Assembly (NCBI GenBank): GCA_050633245.1
Contig: JBOEGD010000005.1
Coordinates: 1-64,000, forward strand
Length of the DNA: 64,000 nucleotides
Source: Calditrichia bacterium
Lineage (GTDB): Bacteria; Calditrichota; Calditrichia; RBG-13-44-9; J075
Direction: 5' to 3'
Shown here: piece after piece, positions 46,865 to 56,240 of the stretch
Position numbering within the stretch: the first letter of the stretch is position 1
Layout: the number at the start of each line of letters is the position of its first letter
Notes under the pieces: generated by a model
What the model was told of the DNA's origin: nothing
Database searches by the model: none
Seen by the model: only the letters and a program-made list of their open reading frames with translations
Program-made: the position numbers and the translations under genes

Positions 46865-47551
46865 ATGAACAAACAATTTTCGCAAGAAAGCGATGATGAT
46901 CTACTTATCTATATGTGTTTACAAAAGGATGCCCGTGTGGTTGCCGAAGAAGCGCTTGTAGAGTTTTATCACCGTCACAAGGATTATGTATTTAATATTT
47001 TAAAAAATAAGCTGGGAAGCTTCGTGAAGTCAGGTATCATTGAAGAAATTCATAATGATATTTTTCTGAAAGTTTTTTTAAAAGCGGATACATATAAACC
47101 AAGCTCCAATTCCAATGTTAGATCATGGCTTGGAAGGATAGCACAAAACTCTGCGTTTGATTGGGGGGCGAAGCATAAGCGAGAATCAAACGAGATAGCA
47201 TTGGAGATTGAAGAATGGAATGGTATTGAATTAGGTAAAAAGAATAATGCTGTTCGAGTCGACCACAGAAAAGGTGCTTTAACAAATGCCTTATTGAAAT
47301 TATCCGACCGCGATAGAGAGATTCTTTTAATATCTATGGATCACTACGATCCAGAAAAGCAGAATATTGATATACCACCTGCTATACTGGAAGAATTGTG
47401 TAAACGTCACAAAACTACTCGCGAGAATATCCGGCAAATTCGCAATAGAGCAAAAAAGAAAGTCGAAAAATACTTGAAGGAACATACTCCCCATTTGCAG
47501 ACAGAATCACCTAACTCAGAACCTGGCCCTCGAGTTGTTTCCAAAGACTGA
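46865..47551 (+). CDS. ECF-type sigma-70 factor
   Basis: Region 2 (A..EFY.RH...V...EEI.NDIFLKV....Y....RSWL.RIA.N...D) and region 4 (L.KLSDRDREIL...EL......ENIRQ...RA.KK). Confidence 0.78.
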   Translation: MNKQFSQESDDDLLIYMCLQKDARVVAEEALVEFYHRHKDYVFNILKNKLGSFVKSGIIEEIHNDIFLKVFLKADTYKPSSNSNVRSWLGRIAQNSAFDWGAKHKRESNEIALEIEEWNGIELGKKNNAVRVDHRKGALTNALLKLSDRDREILLISMDHYDPEKQNIDIPPAILEELCKRHKTTRENIRQIRNRAKKKVEKYLKEHTPHLQTESPNSEPGPRVVSKD

Positions 47552-47671
47552 ATATTAGAAAAACAGCTTCAATGAAAAGTCTATCTCGTTAGTATAAAAA
47601 ACTGACGAGAATTAGTTATGCACCGTGTATTTCATAACTTCAATTATGATTACCAGGCAGGAGAAGATTCC

Positions 47672-48034
47672 ATGAGATATTCCAAAAAAGGTCCTATAGT
47701 AAAATCACCCATTTCCGAGAAAAAACTTTATGAGTTGTTTCAAAATGAAAATCTGGTTTTTCCAAAAAACAAAGAAGAAGTCGCCAAGGCAGAGAGGCGA
47801 ATGGAGGAGAAAAAGTACACTTTGCCTACAGATTTACAAGAACCGACTAAACTACTTCGGCTATTAAGGAACAACACTAGGCAAGATAAATGTTTGAAAT
47901 CAGAAACAACTCCGAACCCTGAGGTTGAAGAAAATATGGCAAGAGCTGCGAGAGAAGGCGGAAATATTTCGCCTGAGATAGAAGCTATAATGCAAAGAGA
48001 TAGAGCTAAAGCTGAAAGTAAATCAACAAAATGA
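47672..48034 (+). CDS. Hypothetical small protein between sigma and ImmA (ORF could start at 47618)
   Basis: GGAGA RBS before ATG 47672; FP...EEV...E and MARAAREGG; ATGA overlap with the next gene. Confidence 0.65.
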   Translation: MRYSKKGPIVKSPISEKKLYELFQNENLVFPKNKEEVAKAERRMEEKKYTLPTDLQEPTKLLRLLRNNTRQDKCLKSETTPNPEVEENMARAAREGGNISPEIEAIMQRDRAKAESKSTK

Positions 48035-48879
48035 AACGAACTATTTCTAAGGCGAAAGAACAAGATATCTGTGATTTAGCGGAGGCTGTAGCCGAAGAAT
48101 ATACTACCGAGAGTTCCGATAAGGCAAACCTTGAGTTAATTGCTGAACAAAACGATATAACATATAGTTATGGACATTACGGCGAATCTTTTGATGGAAT
48201 GCTCGAGCATAAAAGCTCCCGCTTTCATATTTATTGTAACCTTGATAGACTCAAAAAATCGAATTCACCGAGATCGCGATTTACTTTTGCACATGAATTA
48301 GGACATTATTATATAGACGATCACAGAAATGCATTGGAAAGTGGAAAGGTTCCGGCCCACCCATCGATTTGTGAGTATCAATCAAAGAATATAGTAGAGC
48401 AAGAAGCAGACTTATTCGCGTCTAATTTACTTATGCCCGCTTCAAGGTTCAGCTCTTTGGTCGATTCGACACCTATTGGAGCAGAAAGTATATTTAAAGC
48501 GGCAAATCAGTTCAAAGTTTCTCTTTCAAGTGCAGCTGTCAGATATTGCAAAAGTGATATCGTTCCCTGTACTATTATTAAGTGGAGTCAAAGAGGCTAT
48601 GACTGGAAATTAATTTCTCTATCTACTTATAAAGCGACCCTAAGGAAAACAATAGAAAAAATTGGGGACATTCCCAGAGACTCTCCAACGTTTCGGATAT
48701 TAAATGAGGAGAGGCCTAAGGAAGGTTTTTTCGAAGCGGGCACGACAGTCGCACACTGGTTTCCGTATATTGATCATTCCTCGCAAAAAAAATCAATATT
48801 AATCGAGCAAGCTATCTCGCTTGGTTCCTATGGCGCTATTACCATTCTCTTCCCGGAATCCGGTCAGTATTCGAGTTAG
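48031..48879 (+). CDS. ImmA/IrrE-family zinc metallopeptidase (CapP-like)
   Basis: FDG.L, R.RFTFAHELGHY, E.EAD.FAS.LLMP, F.VS..SA..R; C-terminal GAF-like extension. Confidence 0.9.
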   Translation: MKRTISKAKEQDICDLAEAVAEEYTTESSDKANLELIAEQNDITYSYGHYGESFDGMLEHKSSRFHIYCNLDRLKKSNSPRSRFTFAHELGHYYIDDHRNALESGKVPAHPSICEYQSKNIVEQEADLFASNLLMPASRFSSLVDSTPIGAESIFKAANQFKVSLSSAAVRYCKSDIVPCTIIKWSQRGYDWKLISLSTYKATLRKTIEKIGDIPRDSPTFRILNEERPKEGFFEAGTTVAHWFPYIDHSSQKKSILIEQAISLGSYGAITILFPESGQYSS

Positions 48880-49122
48880 CCTATACACAAAGCGGTCAAC
48901 TGGATCTGCTGATCGGCGTGTATGTACTGGAGATGGACCGTCAGACTCCACAGCACGATTTGCCATGATGATGTGTATAGGCGGGGGAAATAGAAACATC
49001 AAAAACTTTGCCGCAACAAAAAGTAGATGAGAATAAAGCTAAGAAATAGTATTATATAGGTTTCTTGTATAATTTATTGCTGAAAATGTCATTGTTAGAA
49101 TTGAAACTCTTGAGAGAATTTT

Positions 49123-50121
49123 ATGCCTAAAAAAAAGATGGTTAAAAATATTCAAGAATCTTTTAAGACCAACAAATTCCTAACCCAAGTAGTAACCAGT
49201 ACTATAGCATCTGCGATCGTCTCTGTTGGAACCATGTTTTTTTTCATCCTTCCCAATCAACTTGCAGATATAGAGAAGAAGTTAGACAGCCTAATTTTGG
49301 TACAAAGTGACTCGACAACTGATTTTCAAATAGGTTCAAGAGGCAATCGCAAAGTTGACATAAAAGAGAGCGGTGATCTTAAAGGGGTAAATATCGTACA
49401 GGGTGACAATAACGCGATAGGTTCATCCCCGCAAGAATTAAAAGAGGCTATTGTTAATGATGAATTTAAGGGAATGTTGTATGAAGCAATTCAAGGACAA
49501 CCCATACCGAAAGATTTTAACATCACAAACAAGTACATAACTGTAAAAAAGTTTGAATTTATTCCTGATGCTGACAACGAGACGCCTGAAACTTCGGGAT
49601 ATAATAATTATCTAAAATCAATGCAAGCTCAAGTTAAGACAAAGCAGCAAATAACAGAAGAAGTTCTAGCCGAAGTAGATTCGGGAAACCTTAAGGGATT
49701 TGAATACACACAAAAAGAGATAGATGACAAGATTTCTTATCGCTTAAATCAAAGCAAACAAACATACGACAGACTCAAACTCGCTCAACGAAGTTTGGCG
49801 GGCAATATGATGCGTAATAGTAGTTCAGATATGAATTTGGATGAAGTTCCGGGAAAAATAGATTACGCAATAGAAAACCTTACAAACGAGCCCTATATGA
49901 TCATATACATAACTTATTCATGTTTAAACAAACAAGGGATAAGAATAGGTAAAGGCAGTATATCACTCGAAAACATACCTCCAAAGGCGACTGTCAAAGG
50001 TATTATACCTTTAGAAGATGTAAAACTTTCAAAAGCTGATCTGACAGACAAAGTGCAGATCGATGGAATTTATGACGCGCAGACAATCATGCAATATGCA
50101 AGAAGGTTAAACATTAGATAG
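49123..50121 (+). CDS. Hypothetical membrane-anchored protein with coiled coil and C-terminal FxLYD-like beta-sandwich
   Basis: One N-terminal TM; C-terminal I.N.T......I.ITY..LNK.G..IG......NI.P. Confidence 0.55.
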   Translation: MPKKKMVKNIQESFKTNKFLTQVVTSTIASAIVSVGTMFFFILPNQLADIEKKLDSLILVQSDSTTDFQIGSRGNRKVDIKESGDLKGVNIVQGDNNAIGSSPQELKEAIVNDEFKGMLYEAIQGQPIPKDFNITNKYITVKKFEFIPDADNETPETSGYNNYLKSMQAQVKTKQQITEEVLAEVDSGNLKGFEYTQKEIDDKISYRLNQSKQTYDRLKLAQRSLAGNMMRNSSSDMNLDEVPGKIDYAIENLTNEPYMIIYITYSCLNKQGIRIGKGSISLENIPPKATVKGIIPLEDVKLSKADLTDKVQIDGIYDAQTIMQYARRLNIR

Positions 50122-50370
50122 CCTGAATCTTAAAACTACTCTTCACCGGCACCGTACTCAGCTTCTCTCCAAAACCCAGCACATGCTCGCCGGTGTAGAG
50201 AACAATCCCACGCACGAAGCGATCGCCCAGCGATTCGGAAAGGTTTCGCAGCCCGCGAAAGTCGCCGCTCTTGACGTCGGAGCTTCCCTTTACCTCAATG
50301 CCGACGACGTTGCTAGCAGTGTCTTCCAGCAGAATATCCACTTCCAAACCGTTCCGGGTGCGGAAATTTT
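50114..50370 (-). pseudogene. 3' remnant of an AAA_14/DUF4143 ATPase-nuclease gene
   Basis: FRTRNGLEVDILLE......GIEVK.S......DFRGLR.L.......F.RGIVLY.G; only the C-terminal about 85 codons remain. Confidence 0.75.
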
Positions 50371-50377
50371 ATCAAAT

Positions 50378-51643
50378 CTACTCCGCCAAACGAAATCCTT
50401 TAAACTGCCAGCGCTTACTCGTTTGGAAAAAGTTGCGGTAGGTTATCCTTGCATGATTCTTCGAGGTTGCGCATGATGAGCCGCGCAGTACCATCTGATC
50501 GATCATAAACTTTCCGTTGTACTCGCCAAGTGGACCGCCAGTGCGTTTGTAGCCGGGATAAGGCAGATAGCTGCTGCCGGTCCATTCCCAAACGTCGCCC
50601 ATCATTTGAAACAGACGTCCATCTCCTTGAACAGACGACTTGGTTGCCGGTTGTGGATGATACGCCTCGCTGTCAAAGTAATTGCCTTCTGCTCCTTCAA
50701 CGTTGCAACGTCTTGCTGCAACTTCCCACTCTGCTTCCGTCGGCAATCGCTTGCCGGCCCAAATTGCGTAGGCGTCCGCTTCATAGTAGCTTACGTGGCA
50801 AACCGGCGCCTGCAGGTTTAGTTTGCGCAATCCACCGAGAGTAAACTCATACCACTGATTATCTACCTTTTGCCAATAAAAGGGCGTTTGCAGAGTTCCA
50901 TTCTTAACCTGTTCCCAGGCATCCGACAGCCAAAATCGAAAGTCATTATAGCCACCGTCCTCAACGAATCTTAGATAATCGCCATTTGTTACCAGGCGAT
51001 TTTGCAGCTTGAAATCAGCGAGATACTGTTTGTGGACAGGACGCTCATTATCGTAGTAAAATCCATTACCCTGATAACCGATTTCGACCACACCACCGGC
51101 GAATTCAATAAATTGGGATGTAAGTGCCGGACCGTCATTGTCGGGAAGATTTTCGCGATAAGCCGGCTGAAGCGGATTACTGGCAAAAATGTATTTTATA
51201 TCGGTGATTAACAATTCCTGATGCTGTTGCTCGTGGTTGAGCGCAAGGACGAGCGTATCGCAAAACTCGCCCCATTTTGCATCATCTACATTGTCAATTA
51301 AGTCGCACATATGGTTGGTAATGTGCGCACGATAGGCCATTACCTCGCCAACTGTCGGACGCGAGAGGCTGCCACGCATATCGCGGTTTACGCGGGTGCC
51401 GAAAGATTCATAGTAGGAGTTGAATACGAACGCATACTCGGGATGGTAAGGTGTATATCCGGAAATGTATTTGTCGAGAAAAATAGCTTCATAGAACCAG
51501 CTGGTGTGTCCAAGGTGCCATTTGGGCGGGCTCACATCTAAAATAGGCTGAATAACATAGTCTTCTACACTTAGCGGAGCACAAATGTCTTCGGTTGTTT
51601 GACGCACTGCGAGAAAAAAGCGGGTTAGTTCTGCGCGATTCAT
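50378..51643 (-). CDS. egtB: Ergothioneine biosynthesis sulfoxide synthase EgtB (DinB-like plus FGE domain)
   Basis: SP.KWHL.HT.WF.E, FNSYY, RG..SRP, HEQQHQEL..TD, DNE.P.H, GDVWEWT, EYNGKFM, RWQF.G.RL. Confidence 0.88.
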   Translation of the reverse strand: MNRAELTRFFLAVRQTTEDICAPLSVEDYVIQPILDVSPPKWHLGHTSWFYEAIFLDKYISGYTPYHPEYAFVFNSYYESFGTRVNRDMRGSLSRPTVGEVMAYRAHITNHMCDLIDNVDDAKWGEFCDTLVLALNHEQQHQELLITDIKYIFASNPLQPAYRENLPDNDGPALTSQFIEFAGGVVEIGYQGNGFYYDNERPVHKQYLADFKLQNRLVTNGDYLRFVEDGGYNDFRFWLSDAWEQVKNGTLQTPFYWQKVDNQWYEFTLGGLRKLNLQAPVCHVSYYEADAYAIWAGKRLPTEAEWEVAARRCNVEGAEGNYFDSEAYHPQPATKSSVQGDGRLFQMMGDVWEWTGSSYLPYPGYKRTGGPLGEYNGKFMIDQMVLRGSSCATSKNHARITYRNFFQTSKRWQFKGFRLAE

Positions 51644-51809
51644 TTACTCTCCTTTAAAATTGGACGCGTCTTTTCGGACGTTATTAAAATTGGGTCTTTT
51701 AACTTAGCCCAAGACAACGCCCTTTTCAAATGGATAAAGGAAAAAGTATCTACATTCAAATTAAAGATAGAGCATTGTCTCTATGGATATGAATGGCTAT
51801 TATTGACGC

Positions 51810-52601
51810 ATGAATAACTCGTTTAAAAGCAGGATTGCATCGCCGCTGATACACTACTTTGGCAGAAGAAAGGAGCGGCGAAAGTTTACCAAACCGCCTG
51901 TTATTATTGGCGGGTGTGGGCGTTCCGGTACCACCCTGTTGCTGTCTATACTTTCTGCGCATCCGGCGATCCACGTCTTGCCCTGGGAATCTCGCATCTT
52001 TGCACAGTGGAATAAGGTAGATCAGTCTGAGGAGAGCTGTGGACTGGAGTATCTGCCGAAGCGCCTTGACAGGCTTTACCGAAATTTTTTGGGAAATCGC
52101 ATTCCTCCTTCCGTCGATCGATGGTGTGAAAAAACACCTTCAAACATATTATTTCTTCCGCAGACGCTGGCCTGGTTTAACAATCGCGTCAAATTTATAC
52201 ATATTATCCGGGATGGCAGGGATGTAATGACCTCAATTCATCCTGACGATCCGGCAAAATACTGGGTAGAGCCGGAGCGCTGGGTGCGCGATACGCGAGC
52301 GGGTTTGGTCTATCGTGAACATCCAAGTGTACTGACTATCAAGTATGAAGATCTGATGACAGATCATCAACAGAGCTTGCAAAAAATATGCGAGTTTATT
52401 GAAGCTGACTTTGTTGAGGAAATTCGTTCCTGGCATGAGCATGCGACACTGCGAAAAAACCAGGCCTGGTTTGACCGTCTGAAAAAACCACATACGAATT
52501 CGATTCGCAAATGGGAAAAACCGGAACATGCGGATCGTTTGAAAATACTGCTGGGGAATGATGAGGTTGTTGCGCTATTGGAAGAGCTGAAATACGTTTA
52601 G
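51810..52601 (+). CDS. Sulfotransferase (Sulfotransfer_3 family)
   Basis: PAPS-binding GCGRSGTTLL, W.EKTP, IIRDGRDV..S, .KYEDL. Confidence 0.9.
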   Translation: MNNSFKSRIASPLIHYFGRRKERRKFTKPPVIIGGCGRSGTTLLLSILSAHPAIHVLPWESRIFAQWNKVDQSEESCGLEYLPKRLDRLYRNFLGNRIPPSVDRWCEKTPSNILFLPQTLAWFNNRVKFIHIIRDGRDVMTSIHPDDPAKYWVEPERWVRDTRAGLVYREHPSVLTIKYEDLMTDHQQSLQKICEFIEADFVEEIRSWHEHATLRKNQAWFDRLKKPHTNSIRKWEKPEHADRLKILLGNDEVVALLEELKYV

Positions 52602-52602
52602 G

Positions 52603-52722
52603 CGGTGAACGGTGAACGGTGAATGGTGAACGGTGAACGGGCAGAAAAGGAAGTGAGAAACGAAAGTGAGAAACGAAAGTGAGAAACGAAAGTGAGAAAA
52701 GAAGGTGAGAAACGGTGAGAAG
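52603..52722. repeat. Compound tandem repeat: (CGGTGAA)x5 then (AAAGTGAGAAACG) about x5
   Basis: Read directly between two convergent genes. Confidence 0.92.
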
Positions 52723-52819
52723 CAGTCAGAAAGACCCATAAGCACCGTAGGTGTGCCCCATTGAGTGAAGCGCCCAATCAATGAGCGCTCCTCGAAAATA
52801 ATCACTCATATATCACCAA

Positions 52820-53698
52820 TTACTTCAACAATACCAACTTTCTGGTCTGCACAAAGCCATCCGTCTCAAGCTGGTAGAAATAAATTCCACCGGAAAGATC
52901 CTGCGGCTGCCACTCGGCCTTATAGCTTCCGGGAGTCAGCTCTTCATTTACCAGCGTTTCAACTTCCTGCCCAAGTGGATTAAAAATCGTCAGCTTTACG
53001 TTGCTGGTTTTGGTGGTTGAAAATTCAATGGTCGTCGATGGATTGAACGGATTTGGATAGTTCTGCATCAGCTTGAAGGATTCGGCTACTCCGGCATCTT
53101 CAAGTGGTTCTACTCCTGTGGCGAACGCAAACTCCAGGTCATCAACCTGAATCGTAGCAAATGTTGTTTGTTCTGGAGATGCGGATGCGGTAATCCCCAT
53201 AATTATACTGGCAAAAGCGGCATCTCCGCTTCCAAAGTAAACAATAGGTACATTAAATGGCAAATAGCTTTGAGTGAGTTGGCTGAAACTCCCGCTTCCG
53301 GTTGCGATCGGTGTCCTTCCAGCATCACTGATGATAATACTAACGGCTAACGCAACGCCAAAAGAACCCTCCAGGCTGTCCAATTTGTAAAACCCGTTGA
53401 GTGAGCTGTAGTTTTGGGTGATCGGAAAAAAATTGTCGATTTCGTTCCCGGTCCCAATTATTGGAGGGATGGGATCATCTGGCCCGGAAATGAGTTCTCC
53501 AAGAATAGCGGATGAACCACTATTTGCGTCTCCTGTTTCCGTGACATTTGTAAGGATACCCGGAAGGTTGCTGGTAAACCATCCGTTAGGTTCTCCACCC
53601 GTCCAATTTTCGAATCCGGGGTTGGGGATTTCGTTTTGCGCTGATAATAGTGTTGTGAATGCCACAATACATAGCATACTGTAAAGAAAAATTTTCAT
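52820..53698 (-). CDS. Secreted carbohydrate-binding-like protein with C-terminal sorting domain
   Basis: Signal peptide; IPN.GFENW....P.GW...VDDL; QNYPNPFNPST...RKLVLLK. Confidence 0.75.
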   Translation of the reverse strand: MKIFLYSMLCIVAFTTLLSAQNEIPNPGFENWTGGEPNGWFTSNLPGILTNVTETGDANSGSSAILGELISGPDDPIPPIIGTGNEIDNFFPITQNYSSLNGFYKLDSLEGSFGVALAVSIIISDAGRTPIATGSGSFSQLTQSYLPFNVPIVYFGSGDAAFASIIMGITASASPEQTTFATIQVDDLEFAFATGVEPLEDAGVAESFKLMQNYPNPFNPSTTIEFSTTKTSNVKLTIFNPLGQEVETLVNEELTPGSYKAEWQPQDLSGGIYFYQLETDGFVQTRKLVLLK

Positions 53699-53816
53699 TT
53701 TTCCTCCTGGAAAGGATAGTTAAGGGGAGTTCTTATCCAAAATTAGCAGGATTTTCGGTGCAAAGCTGTGAGTACCGTCAGAATGTTTTGCAAATGAGGA
53801 AGTATGTAGGAGTAAC

Positions 53817-53859
53817 CAGATGAAAACCCGGTTGATCTGGTTGACCGGATTTTCATCTG
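53817..53859. terminator. Intergenic hairpin (terminator-like)
   Basis: CCAGATGAAAA.CCGGT...ACCGG.TTTTCATCTGG inverted repeat. Confidence 0.55.
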
Positions 53860-53870
53860 GAATCAAATAG

Positions 53871-56177
53871 TTACTTCAGTAGCATCATTTTGCGAACGAT
53901 ACTGTTGCTTCCAGCTTCAAGCTGATAATAGTAAACACCACTCGGAAGCTGATCTGCCTGGAACTGTGTTGTGTAGCTTCCAGCAGGTTGCTGCTCGTTA
54001 ACCAAGACCGAAACGGTTTGCCCCAACGTGTTGTAAATCTTCAGAGTCACATCGCTGCTCTCAGGAAGCCGGTAGGATATCGTCGTTGAGGGATTGAACG
54101 GATTCGGATAGTTTTGATCCAGCTCGAAGTACGTGATGCCAGCTGTTGACCCATCACTGATTCCTGTTATTACAGATGTAACTGCACCAACGGCATCAAT
54201 CTTACCATTGCCCCAAACAACATTTGGTGTTCCCACCGGACGTGCACTGCTCGCCAGAATGGAGCGTACATCAGCGACATTCAGTCCGGGATTGCGTTCA
54301 AGCATTAGCCCGATAACGCCGGCAACGTGTGGTGCGGCCATGCTGGTGCCCTGCTGCTTAATAAGCTCTCCACTTACGTGAATATTTTCTGCCTGAACGC
54401 CAACGCCGATAGTTAAATCGAAAGAGGCGGCAGACAATATTGCTTCACCCGGTGCAGTGATGTCTGGTTTAAGACGACCATCGCGGGATGGGCCGATGCT
54501 GGAAAAGCTGGAAATATTTCCAATTGTCGGGTTGCCCGGCTGGTTCTGAGTTGTGCCGTTTAGATCGACCCACTGGTTTTTTGTTACATAAGAACCGACC
54601 GTTATTATATCATTAGCCGTGCCGGGAACACCGATAGTGAGGTTAGAATCACCAGGACGAAAAAAGGTGCCTGAATCCTGTGTAAATGCACCGCCAACAA
54701 CCATCCAGGCGTCAAAGGTGCCACTGCCAAATGTATAGAGAGACCAGAAGACCTGATCAATCGGCCAGGAACCGTTTTGGCTGTCAATAAGAATCTGAAC
54801 GCGGCTGGCGCCATTTTGCGGATCGCTTGTTACAGAAGCATCGATGCTAACGATACCGAGCGTTCCGGTGCCCGGGTCGAAATTAATGTTCTGAGCGTTT
54901 TGTCCCGGAGCAACCGGGTTGGTAAATCCGAGTAGAGTGCCATATAGATCGTATGCTGCTAACCCAACACTGATGCTTCCGCTATCATACCACATATCGA
55001 CCAGAGAAACCTGTGAACCTTGATTAACGGTCCAGACTGTTTCCAGAGCATCATTATAGCTGGTGCCGGCTTGCGTGGCATAGCTCGCATGAATAATGCT
55101 GCTGCCTTCATTTCCACCTGCCGCGACAATAATACGTCCGGAGCCGGTGAGCGCATCCAGCGCTTGTTCGTAAAGAGACGTACCGTCGTGTGGACCATAC
55201 TGTCCACCAAGGCTTAAATTGATTACAGCTGCTTCATTCAATTCAGACGCTTTACTGAAAATATAAGCACAACCATTCACCACATCGGTGTCGGAAAAAC
55301 CACCAGCGCTATTATGGTCGCGAATGCCTTTTACAAAAACAATATCTGACTCAGGGGCGGTTCCGACATAGCCGTTTACCGCAGAGCCATTTCCGGCTGC
55401 GGTTCCGGTTACGTGCGTACCATGTCCGCCTCCGCCATTACCATCAATTTGCGTGGCGCTGCCGTTCTGCATTTCGGCATCTGTCCATTCACTGCCATAA
55501 TTATAGCCAGCCGGTGGATTTCCAGTGCCGGACATGTCCCACAAATATTTTATACGAATAGATCCGTTTGCCCAAAAGTCTGAGTGAGCAAAGTGGAGAC
55601 CGCTATCCAGAACGCCTACGACAACCCCATCACCTGTATAAGCCACCGGTAGACCGGCATTTCCGGTATGAACCAGATTGGCACCAATTTCTATGTGGCT
55701 TTCATTCAACATCGGCTGATTTATGGAGCTTAATGCAATATGTGAAACAGTGTTTTTGGAAGCTACTGCATAGACTTTGTCGAGTGGCAATTCGACAACT
55801 AAAATGTCTTCGATAATTGTAGCGACACTACCGCCAAGGCTTGTTACATCGGCGCTGGTTGCCGAGGTCGTGGAACTCTCTATAAATAGTTGAACGGTAG
55901 CGAGATTGGTATAGTCCAGCTGAATTGCAGCGACGTCTGCGAAGCGGGCCATTTCTACATCTACAGCTTTGTTGGTTCTAATGGCTCCTTCATATGAACG
56001 AACCATAGAGCGCAGTAGCGGATCGATCTTGTTGTCATACTGCTTGGCAGATTCCAGATTGTCAGAGATATTGATGCGCTTATTTGCATCAGCTTTTTGT
56101 TTTTCAAAACGCGATTCAGCAAACAAAAAACCGCTTGCCAAAAAGCTCAGAATAATAAATCGTATAAGAAAATTCAT
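53871..56177 (-). CDS. Secreted subtilisin-like S8 serine peptidase with prodomain and C-terminal sorting domain
   Basis: Catalytic triad VLDSG, GHGTHV, GTSMAAPHV; AAGGNEG; KPDITAPG; QNYPNPFNP C-terminus. Confidence 0.93.
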   Translation of the reverse strand: MNFLIRFIILSFLASGFLFAESRFEKQKADANKRINISDNLESAKQYDNKIDPLLRSMVRSYEGAIRTNKAVDVEMARFADVAAIQLDYTNLATVQLFIESSTTSATSADVTSLGGSVATIIEDILVVELPLDKVYAVASKNTVSHIALSSINQPMLNESHIEIGANLVHTGNAGLPVAYTGDGVVVGVLDSGLHFAHSDFWANGSIRIKYLWDMSGTGNPPAGYNYGSEWTDAEMQNGSATQIDGNGGGGHGTHVTGTAAGNGSAVNGYVGTAPESDIVFVKGIRDHNSAGGFSDTDVVNGCAYIFSKASELNEAAVINLSLGGQYGPHDGTSLYEQALDALTGSGRIIVAAGGNEGSSIIHASYATQAGTSYNDALETVWTVNQGSQVSLVDMWYDSGSISVGLAAYDLYGTLLGFTNPVAPGQNAQNINFDPGTGTLGIVSIDASVTSDPQNGASRVQILIDSQNGSWPIDQVFWSLYTFGSGTFDAWMVVGGAFTQDSGTFFRPGDSNLTIGVPGTANDIITVGSYVTKNQWVDLNGTTQNQPGNPTIGNISSFSSIGPSRDGRLKPDITAPGEAILSAASFDLTIGVGVQAENIHVSGELIKQQGTSMAAPHVAGVIGLMLERNPGLNVADVRSILASSARPVGTPNVVWGNGKIDAVGAVTSVITGISDGSTAGITYFELDQNYPNPFNPSTTISYRLPESSDVTLKIYNTLGQTVSVLVNEQQPAGSYTTQFQADQLPSGVYYYQLEAGSNSIVRKMMLLK

Positions 56178-56240
56178 CTTTTATTCCTTTGTAAACGGTA
56201 TAACATTGGTTCATTTGGTAATAATTTAAAATCGAACGGA

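Larger units (their letters stand above)
43609..50377. mobile_element. Putative genomic/defence island (boundaries approximate, no integrase seen)
   Basis: AT-rich stretches (43610-44600 and 46800-50110), defence-type gene content, gene remnant at the right edge. Confidence 0.5.

Noticed and set aside
52575-52805. 76-aa Phe/Ser/His-rich ORF
   Set aside because: Translation of the tandem repeat tract
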